Below are positions 57,510-64,000 of a stretch of DNA of 64,000 nucleotides, one piece after another. The position numbers and the translations under genes are program-made. Source of the stretch: a virus (Duplodnaviria; Caudoviricetes); IMG/VR virus record IMGVR_UViG_3300011008_000021, positions 36,765-100,764 of that record, one strand, 5' to 3'. Numbering within the stretch: the stretch's first letter is position 1; the number at the start of each line of letters is the position of its first letter. Under the pieces are notes generated by a model that saw nothing but the letters and a program-made list of their open reading frames with translations, did not search any database and had not been told where the DNA came from.

Positions 57510-57640
57510 TTAATTTTCCTCGTTCAGTAAATTCTTCTTATGTTTTTCTTTCTTGTATTTTTTCGATTCAATAACTTTATTTGGAGGTGGAATTTGAATT
57601 CTATATTTAATTGGTTTCTTTTTCAATATCTTAGATTTCA

Positions 57641-58060
57641 TTAATAACTATCATAAAAATAAGCATAATCTTTTGGATTATCTTTTAAATGATTAATTAA
57701 CCAAGAAATATTAATAATATCTTGACCTAGATGTAGAATCATTTCACTTAATTCCCAAATAGTATTATCCCAGCACTCAGGATTCTTTAAAAAATCGTAT
57801 ATACCATTTCGAATTCCAATCAGCTGTTGAATATTAAGTTCATAATATCCATCATTATCTTCTTGAAGTAATTTTGGAATAAAACCAAAAATCATACTTC
57901 TAATATTCCAGCACTTACGCCAGTAACAAATGTCATAAATAACTGAATTGTCCTCTTTTTCACTTCTAGATACTTCACTGATATTTAAATAATCAGGTAA
58001 AGAATCTATATCCAGTTTATTTCCAATTCTTCTTAGATGTATACCATTATCTAATCCCAT
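57641..58060 (-). CDS. Conserved phage protein (MGLD...YWRK family)
   Basis: MGLDNG...ICYWRKCW...FYDSY. Confidence 0.65.
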   Translation of the reverse strand: MGLDNGIHLRRIGNKLDIDSLPDYLNISEVSRSEKEDNSVIYDICYWRKCWNIRSMIFGFIPKLLQEDNDGYYELNIQQLIGIRNGIYDFLKNPECWDNTIWELSEMILHLGQDIINISWLINHLKDNPKDYAYFYDSY

Positions 58061-58888
58061 TTAAATATCTCCTAAAATCGATTTCCAATGATTCCAATAT
58101 CTTACTACAGCTCTACTGTTTTCAGTTGAACCATGATGCTCAAGACCTCTGTTATAAGCATCATAAGCTCCTTCAGTGTTACCATATTTTACAACACATT
58201 TAGAAAACTCATACATTCCAGCATCAACTGAGTGATAAGGATCAAATAAAATTGTTATATCATTCCACCCAAAAACTCTTTTAATATCAGGCCAAACATA
58301 TTTTTTATTTGTTTGACACATTCCATAATCCTTTGTCGCACTAACAACATGAAACTGAATTTCATCAATAGTACCAAAGGTACCAAATTCACTTTCTTGC
58401 TGGCATAATCCTAAAAACAAACAATATTTAACACCGTTTTCAATACATTTATCATATATATAATGTTGAAGATCTTCAGATAATGGAATATCTAATGTTG
58501 GAGGATAAAATTTGTCCGGTTCAATTTCATTTTCATTTCCAAGATCTACAGTATTAATAAATCTATATTCGTTGTTGACAATAATCTTAGTAATATCTTT
58601 ATGTTGTTCAACAATTTCTACTTTACAACCTTTAAAGATCTTATAAGATACATTGCTAATATCATAAGCAACGGTATCTCTAATTACATATCTTACTTCC
58701 CTGATACTCGAAAAATTTTGAATTGATAATTCAGGGGAGATAAGAATTTTAACGTCATTGTCAAATGGACCTTCATTAATATCTATTACTTCATTTTTAA
58801 TATCTATAATTAAATTGTCGTTTGCATAGCAAACAGAACAAGAACTCATGATTAATAACATTGATAACTTAATTATCTTCTTTAACAT
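58061..58888 (-). CDS. Secreted lytic transglycosylase (SLT-like)
   Basis: Signal peptide; QQESEF, DYGMCQTN, AYNRG. Confidence 0.75.
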   Translation of the reverse strand: MLKKIIKLSMLLIMSSCSVCYANDNLIIDIKNEVIDINEGPFDNDVKILISPELSIQNFSSIREVRYVIRDTVAYDISNVSYKIFKGCKVEIVEQHKDITKIIVNNEYRFINTVDLGNENEIEPDKFYPPTLDIPLSEDLQHYIYDKCIENGVKYCLFLGLCQQESEFGTFGTIDEIQFHVVSATKDYGMCQTNKKYVWPDIKRVFGWNDITILFDPYHSVDAGMYEFSKCVVKYGNTEGAYDAYNRGLEHHGSTENSRAVVRYWNHWKSILGDI

Positions 58889-58911
58889 AATAAACCTCCA
58901 TAATCATTATT

Positions 58912-58940
58912 ATAATAACATAGTCTAAGAAAAAAGTCAA
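58912..58940 (-). promoter_or_regulatory. SigmaA-type promoter
   Basis: TTGACT-17-TATTAT with TG extension. Confidence 0.55.
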
Positions 58941-59003
58941 ATAAAAATAGCATAGTAATTTAAATTACTATGCTATTTTTATAAAATATATTTATTAATA
59001 AAA

Positions 59004-59075
59004 AGCAGGTAGCGGGAATTGAACCCGCATCAATTGATTGGAAGTCAATTATAATTACCATTATACCATACCTGC
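59004..59075 (-). tRNA. tRNA-Gly (UCC)
   Basis: Acceptor GCAGGTA/TACCTGC-T; ATTGA-CTTCCAA-TCAAT. Confidence 0.9.
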
Positions 59076-59087
59076 TTAGTTGTGTTT

Positions 59088-59220
59088 CTAGATCCAAAGA
59101 ATTCTACCAGTTAAACTATATTGTACAAAGAACACAACCAACTTTGTTGACAACAATAGGATTCGAACCTATACCTTTCTTGTAGCCTAAGAAATTAATT
59201 ATTTGCTGTTATGGATCTTA
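59088..59220 (-). ncRNA. Skipping-rope-like RNA 1, enclosing a permuted tRNA-like fold
   Basis: TAAGATCCATAACAGCAA...TGGATCTAG; inside, T arm then acceptor stem-loop then D arm. Confidence 0.7.
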
Positions 59221-59226
59221 ATTAAG

Positions 59227-59336
59227 TGGAGCCCTCCGGAGTTGCACCCGTGTCTCAGTTGACGAAACTGCCTGTTGCTTCTTGACATACCTAATATGTT
59301 GTCATCATATTCCCTTTGTCTACACAATATGGCCCC
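59227..59336 (-). ncRNA. Miniature tmRNA-like RNA (tRNA-like domain only)
   Basis: GGGGCC.../...GGCTCC-A with G3-U70; 5' ...TAGAC and 3' GACACGGGTGCAACTCC resemble tmRNA ends; only ~60 nt between. Confidence 0.5.
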
Positions 59337-59429
59337 TGATGGAGGCTTTCATTTTTACTGAATCTTATCCTCCCAGCATAACAGGTTTTTACTTTAATTT
59401 TACGCGTTCCTTCAGGAAGTAATTCCTAA

Positions 59430-59511
59430 CCGGCGGAGTTGGACTCGAACCAACGAAGACCGAAGCCAAGGGATTTACAGTCCCCCGCAATTGCCGCTAT
59501 GCGACCCGCCG
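59430..59511 (-). tRNA. tRNA-Tyr (GUA) with C1-G72 and G73
   Basis: GGGGA-CTGTAAA-TCCCT; long V-arm; acceptor CGGCGGG/TCCGCCG. Confidence 0.85.
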
Positions 59512-59678
59512 AAAAATGTTTGTTTTGACAATCTTATTGGTACAAACGAGAAAAACCTCACCAGTACAGTCGTAACAACGAGACGCCCTTGATACAAAGC
59601 CGGCATCAGTATCTCAGGCCGAACGGCCTCATCCGCTCCTGTCATATCCTGTTAATTCAGGCATCACTCCGGTTGAAA

Positions 59679-59751
59679 TACGCACAGAGAGATTCAAACT
59701 CTCAGTACACTGATCCTAAGTCAGCTGTGGATTCCGTTCCACCACGTGAGC
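59679..59751 (-). tRNA. tRNA-Leu (UAG), short variable loop, weak acceptor stem (possibly degenerate)
   Basis: GCTGA-CTTAGGA-TCAGT; T arm GAGAG-TTTGAAT-CTCTC. Confidence 0.6.
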
Positions 59752-59755
59752 AAAA

Positions 59756-59838
59756 TGCCGGATACCGGACTCGAACCGGTACGATATTTCTATCGAGGGA
59801 TTTTAAGTCCCTTGTGTCTTCCATTCCACCAATCCGGC
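59756..59838 (-). tRNA. tRNA-Leu (UAA)
   Basis: Canonical type II cloverleaf, AGGGA-CTTAAAA-TCCCT. Confidence 0.92.
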
Positions 59839-60008
59839 AGGCGGAAATTTTCCTCCTCAGAGCGGATTACTTTCCAAACCGATCAGCTGATTATACGTTT
59901 CTTTTTTATTAACAACATAAAAGAACACCTTAAAAGAAAATTGCGTGTGAAAATTATTTTTAACAGTTAATACAACACAAAAAACATCTGTTGGCCATTA
60001 ATAAGAAA

Positions 60009-60104
60009 CAAGACTCAATAAGTATAATAGACTTGTATTAATTAAAATCAATTCTTAATTATAATTCTATTTTCATTAGAAGATAATTGCTGTAATGAGT
60101 CTTA
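60009..60104 (-). ncRNA. Skipping-rope-like RNA 2
   Basis: TAAGACTCATTACAGCAA...TGAGTCTTG. Confidence 0.65.
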
Positions 60105-60110
60105 AAAAGA

Positions 60111-60908
60111 TCAAACTAAATCTTCTATGTAGCTTCTATTTTCTTTAAAAACTGGAGTAAACCTATCTAAATTCCAAGATTTTCTAATAAACGATTCACC
60201 TTTATCATTATATTTAGTTGTTTCTACTTTTACACACGCAGTACCATATTTTTGATTAGATGTATAACCATTCCAATCTTGTCCAATAGAAATTAACATA
60301 CTACAAATATCTTTACAAGATTTATTCAATAAATCTTTATTGGAGAAGTAAAATTGTCCAACAGATAATATACTATTTCTAATACAATCATCTTGTCTCC
60401 AAATAAGACAATTTATGACTTCTTCTTTTGGAATTGAAAAAACTCTTGAATCAAAACAAGCACTATTTTCTAATGCTTTTTTATATTGTTTAAATCTATC
60501 ACTATCCCAGCCACCCATCTGACTTTTTACCAAGAACTCATTAAAAATTTTATTAAAATAAAAAGTTGCAAGCGATGCTGAAACTGAACTCATTTTTTGA
60601 ATATTATATCCAAACCAAGCATCAGTATTGATAGTATTGTAATCAGTTAGAACAAGAGTTATTTCATCTGATTGAGTATATCCAAAAACACATCCTTGAA
60701 TATTTTCACAAAGATGTCTTGTAGTTTCTTGCATAACATACATAAAAATAGGATCAAAAGGTTTTTCAAATCCTCTTGTAAATGTATGAAATGCTTTTCC
60801 ATCTAACCTGATGATTACTGGAATATGTCTTGGAAGATATATTCTGGAAATATACTCATACTGCTTCATCCTATTTCCTAACGAATCTTTTCTGTATTTA
60901 TCAGACAT
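60111..60908 (-). CDS. thg1: tRNA-His guanylyltransferase (Thg1-like 3'-5' polymerase)
   Basis: IRLDGKAFHTFT, YTQSDEI, QKMSS..AS, FDSR, WRQDDC.RNSI. Confidence 0.93.
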   Translation of the reverse strand: MSDKYRKDSLGNRMKQYEYISRIYLPRHIPVIIRLDGKAFHTFTRGFEKPFDPIFMYVMQETTRHLCENIQGCVFGYTQSDEITLVLTDYNTINTDAWFGYNIQKMSSVSASLATFYFNKIFNEFLVKSQMGGWDSDRFKQYKKALENSACFDSRVFSIPKEEVINCLIWRQDDCIRNSILSVGQFYFSNKDLLNKSCKDICSMLISIGQDWNGYTSNQKYGTACVKVETTKYNDKGESFIRKSWNLDRFTPVFKENRSYIEDLV

Positions 60909-61240
60909 TATTTCTTCCTTCCAAGCTTGTAACCTAATTCCAGATATTCTTTTAATTTATCAGGTGTTATCTTTATAGTTTCTTTACCATTATTTATAAA
61001 TATCTTCTTTATTTTTCTTTTATCAATAACAGTATTTTCTATTACACCTAAATCAGTTGAACTACTATTTGTAGTTGATACAACATCTTTAAGCTCATTA
61101 ATTCGAATTTGTTTATTATATGTTTCTGCTAATCTTTTTAAAATAATTAAATCTTGATTAGATACATTACTAAAGATAATACCATCTGATTTTCCTTGAA
61201 AATAGGTACTTAAATCATTTGCTAAAGTAACTCTTAACAT
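60908..61240 (-). CDS. Hypothetical protein with C-terminal homing-endonuclease-type small module
   Basis: FINNG...L..YL..GY..GR; GGAGG RBS. Confidence 0.6.
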   Translation of the reverse strand: MLRVTLANDLSTYFQGKSDGIIFSNVSNQDLIILKRLAETYNKQIRINELKDVVSTTNSSSTDLGVIENTVIDKRKIKKIFINNGKETIKITPDKLKEYLELGYKLGRKK

Positions 61241-61264
61241 ATAATACCTCCCTTCTTATACTAT

Positions 61265-61293
61265 ATTATAACATATATATTAAAAGGTGTCAA
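61265..61293 (-). promoter_or_regulatory. SigmaA-type promoter
   Basis: TTGACA-17-TATAAT with TG extension, perfect consensus. Confidence 0.8.
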
Positions 61294-61345
61294 CTCAAGA
61301 AGAGAAGAAAGGAGGAAAAGCTCAGTTAGAGTTGACACCTTATTT

Positions 61346-62386
61346 TCATTTACTTAACATAAGAAACCACCATTCATCAAAAGACATTGTAATAAATTCA
61401 TCTACATTTTCAACTCCAATATCTTTTTCAATCATGTAATTTATAGTTCTATTAACCAACGTATGAATATCATCAATTCTAAAGTTGATTAAAATCTTTT
61501 CTATATATTTCTTACATTCTTTTATCAATGTTCTTGATAATACATCTTCTGACCCATAACGATATACTAATATATTATAATTAAAATATAAATAACCTAT
61601 ATCAGCAAATACCATTGATTTTATACTATCAAAAGATTCCTGAGTTGTAATAAATGGAACAGAACTAAGTATAGAATTAAAAACAATATTACAATAATAT
61701 TTTGCTATTCCATAATGATTAAAAACATATTTACCTTCAACTAATTTTCTATGAGTAGAGGATACGTGTTCATACCACTTATAAGTTAATACTCTATAAT
61801 AAGGTAATGTAAATCTATCAATTTCATTTAATTTAAAAAGAGTCTCTACTACCTTATTATTAAAATACAAGTCTTCTAAATATTGAAGATTTTTCTTAAA
61901 CTTGATCTTATATTTATTAAGAAGATTTTTTCTATTGTAAAATTTTCCATGCAACCACACATCTATATTATCTTGTGGATCTGTGTGATATGTAATTTCA
62001 TTAGTATCTTCGTTGTACTCATATAATAATGTACAACAAATATATTTTAAATTATCTCTATTGATTATTTGAAATACATTATTAAAAGCATCATCTTCAA
62101 ACTCATCGTCTTGATCTATAAAAGTAACCCAATCACCTGATGCTACTGACAATCCAAGATTTCTAGAATTACCTGCACAATGAACATCTAAATCTACTGT
62201 AATTAAACGAAGTGGTAAAATATTATAACAAAAATAATTTCTAATCTGCTCTAAAGAATTATCCGTACAATAATCTGCAACAATAATTACTTCATAATCT
62301 GAAAAATTTTGTTTTACAATTGAATCTAACGTTCTTATTATCGTATCTCCACCATTATGTAGAGGAATTATAACTGATAATTTCAT
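61346..62386 (-). CDS. Glycosyltransferase family 2
   Basis: LSVIIP.HN, D.CTD, SRN.GL..ASG.W..FIDQDD. Confidence 0.9.
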   Translation of the reverse strand: MKLSVIIPLHNGGDTIIRTLDSIVKQNFSDYEVIIVADYCTDNSLEQIRNYFCYNILPLRLITVDLDVHCAGNSRNLGLSVASGDWVTFIDQDDEFEDDAFNNVFQIINRDNLKYICCTLLYEYNEDTNEITYHTDPQDNIDVWLHGKFYNRKNLLNKYKIKFKKNLQYLEDLYFNNKVVETLFKLNEIDRFTLPYYRVLTYKWYEHVSSTHRKLVEGKYVFNHYGIAKYYCNIVFNSILSSVPFITTQESFDSIKSMVFADIGYLYFNYNILVYRYGSEDVLSRTLIKECKKYIEKILINFRIDDIHTLVNRTINYMIEKDIGVENVDEFITMSFDEWWFLMLSK

Positions 62387-62402
62387 ACCTAATTAATTAT
62401 TA

Positions 62403-62516
62403 CAAGACATTAAAAATGGGCAAAATTATTGGATTCGAACCAATCTTTATTTATTATATTAAATATCTTCTTCCTTTAAAGAATCCTGCATCTTAATTAT
62501 TGCTGTAAATGTCTTA
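62403..62516 (-). ncRNA. Skipping-rope-like RNA 3 containing an isolated T arm
   Basis: TAAGACATTTACAGCAA...ATTGG-TTCGAAT-CCAAT...AATGTCTTG. Confidence 0.65.
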
Positions 62517-62525
62517 TCTAATATA

Positions 62526-62598
62526 TGTGCCATGCGGGAATTGAACCCACGACCACTTGATTAAAAGTCAAGTGCTCTCCCAGCTGAGCTAATGGCAC
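62526..62598 (-). tRNA. tRNA-Lys (UUU)
   Basis: Canonical cloverleaf, CTTGA-CTTTTAA-TCAAG. Confidence 0.93.
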
Positions 62599-62604
62599 AG
62601 ATCA

Positions 62605-63759
62605 TTAAAGAATATATCTTAATGAATCTTTATTATTTACTCTCTTGAACAAAATACACTCTACTTCTTTTAACTTCAGCAGTTTAATCTTTTCATCCAA
62701 ATCTTTATCTTGCTGATCAGGATCATTCCAATCCATATTCCAAGTCCATTCAAATGAAATATCAGAAGCGTTTATATAATGCATTCTTGTTCTTAAATCA
62801 TATTGTGAGTCAGACGGAGTACATTTTATAATAGCTTGATGAGTATAATTACTTCGTGAATTTTCTAAAAAGAAACTTAATTCTTGTTCTTCTGTTCCAA
62901 ACAAATCACCATAAAATTTACTATCATTTTTTACAATAGTTCCATCAGTAAATCTAATATACCAATTATAAACATATTCATCTATTCTCACTATATTGAG
63001 ATCATTAATAGAATCTTTAAATGAATAACCTTGATTTAATTCTGAAACAATCGATCTTAAACAATCATAATTTAATTTTGCTTTTGATGCAAAACTTATA
63101 ATATTATCAACTTCATTTAAATAAGATGAATTTAGATTATCGTTTAGATACTCTTTAATTTCATCAATTGCTGGATAATTGAATCTAAAATGATAATGGA
63201 ATCTACCGGGTCTGTTAATAAAGTAATCACTTAATTTATTAATATCATTACAAGTAATTACAAATAACTTTTTAGAAGATACGATTCCATCAAACAACCC
63301 AAGCATTTCTGTTTGAGGATCCATTGATGTTCCAACAGAGTCTTCTTTAGTTCTAAAAACTTTATCGAATTCATCAAAAATAACCATACATTCTTGATTA
63401 ATTGAATTAATAAAGTCTGCAATTCCATCAATGTATTTATCAACTATTATAACTGGATACTCTTCTACAATCTTTTCTGCGAGAAATTTTACAAATAAGG
63501 ATTTTCCCATTCCTTTATCGCCACTAAGAATAACACCAAAATTCTTAATTGACCGTTTAAAAGATTTGATAACTTTAGATCTTTTATCTTTTAATTGGCC
63601 ATATATTTTTTCATTTACACTGATTTCATCAGTTTCTTCAAGACACCACCCAGACATAGGAAAAAACTCTACCTTGTAAAATTTACAAGGTAACATATCA
63701 GAAGTAATTAAATCATCTGCATATATTCTATATGTTGTTCCAGTATTTACGACTTTCAT
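62605..63759 (-). CDS. AAA+ ATPase
   Basis: GDKGMGKS, IFDEFDK, ITCN, NRPGRF. Confidence 0.9.
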   Translation of the reverse strand: MKVVNTGTTYRIYADDLITSDMLPCKFYKVEFFPMSGWCLEETDEISVNEKIYGQLKDKRSKVIKSFKRSIKNFGVILSGDKGMGKSLFVKFLAEKIVEEYPVIIVDKYIDGIADFINSINQECMVIFDEFDKVFRTKEDSVGTSMDPQTEMLGLFDGIVSSKKLFVITCNDINKLSDYFINRPGRFHYHFRFNYPAIDEIKEYLNDNLNSSYLNEVDNIISFASKAKLNYDCLRSIVSELNQGYSFKDSINDLNIVRIDEYVYNWYIRFTDGTIVKNDSKFYGDLFGTEEQELSFFLENSRSNYTHQAIIKCTPSDSQYDLRTRMHYINASDISFEWTWNMDWNDPDQQDKDLDEKIKLLKLKEVECILFKRVNNKDSLRYIL

Positions 63760-63777
63760 ATTAAACCCCTTTCCGTA

Positions 63778-63850
63778 TACCGATAATAGGACTCGAACCT
63801 ACACTACCTTGTTCCTAAGACAAGTGCCTCTTCCATTGGGCTATATCGGT
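63778..63850 (-). tRNA. tRNA-Leu (UAG) with short variable loop
   Basis: Acceptor ACCGATA/TATCGGT-A; CTTGT-CTTAGGA-ACAAG; variable loop GTAGT. Confidence 0.85.
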
Positions 63851-63855
63851 ATTAA

Positions 63856-63945
63856 CGACAGCTCAGGGACTCGAACCCTGACACCGCTTTCACGGCTACT
63901 ACTGGTTTTCAAGACCAGCTCCTTACCAATTAGGATTAAGCTGTC
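63856..63945 (-). tRNA. tRNA-Ser (UGA)
   Basis: Type II cloverleaf, CTGGT-CTTGAAA-ACCAG, G73. Confidence 0.92.
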
Positions 63946-64000
63946 TTTAAATTTATCTATTATATCCTCTATTGAAATCCTCTTCGTATCCAGCTTTAAT

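Noticed and set aside
59839-59895. GAGGAAAA segment reminiscent of RNase P RNA
   Set aside because: Lacks the GAGGAAAGUCC consensus and the 3' conserved region, and is too short between neighbouring features.
327-63679. Plus-strand ORFs in the track (e.g. 54366..54947, 38118..38480, 59589..59912, 26348..26539)
   Set aside because: They are antisense shadows of minus-strand genes, tRNAs or introns, with no recognisable motifs.
1-64000. Stop-codon reassignment as in some large gut phages
   Set aside because: Long genes are intact in the standard code, fragmentation is explained by introns, and no CUA/UCA suppressor tRNA is present.
1-64000. CRISPR array, integrase or rRNA
   Set aside because: No regularly spaced direct repeats, recombinase motifs or rRNA sequence seen.

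Overview
A 64-kb, very AT-rich segment of a large T4-like (contractile-tailed) phage genome. Virtually all genes are on the minus strand in the standard genetic code. Strong AGGAG(G) ribosome-binding sites and TTGACA-17-TATAAT promoters suggest a Bacillota host. In transcription order (right to left): (1) an early/accessory region at about 52.3-64 kb with AAA ATPase, GT2 glycosyltransferase, Thg1, transglycosylase, dUTPase, 5'-nucleotidase, DUF932 protein, nine tRNA genes (several atypical) and several unusual tRNA-like/structured ncRNAs; (2) acidic, probably capsid-packaged proteins rich in (I/L)xE motifs plus a MoxR-type ATPase/VWA pair (42-52 kb); (3) a tail-fibre region carrying a complete diversity-generating retroelement (target with VR, avd, TR, RT) followed by holin; (4) the head module: intein-containing terminase, portal, protease-scaffold fusion, and a major capsid gene split into six exons by five group I introns (three carry endonuclease ORFs, one appears to end in A instead of G); (5) neck, sheath, tube, tail chaperone with a probable programmed frameshift, tape measure and baseplate genes. 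The most novel-looking signals are three skipping-rope-like RNAs (one enclosing a circularly permuted, YrlA-like tRNA fold), the five-intron capsid gene with an omega-A intron, a tmRNA-like RNA lacking an mRNA-like domain, and a tRNA shell with a ~125-nt anticodon-loop insert. All family assignments are by eye from motifs and synteny; no database search was run.
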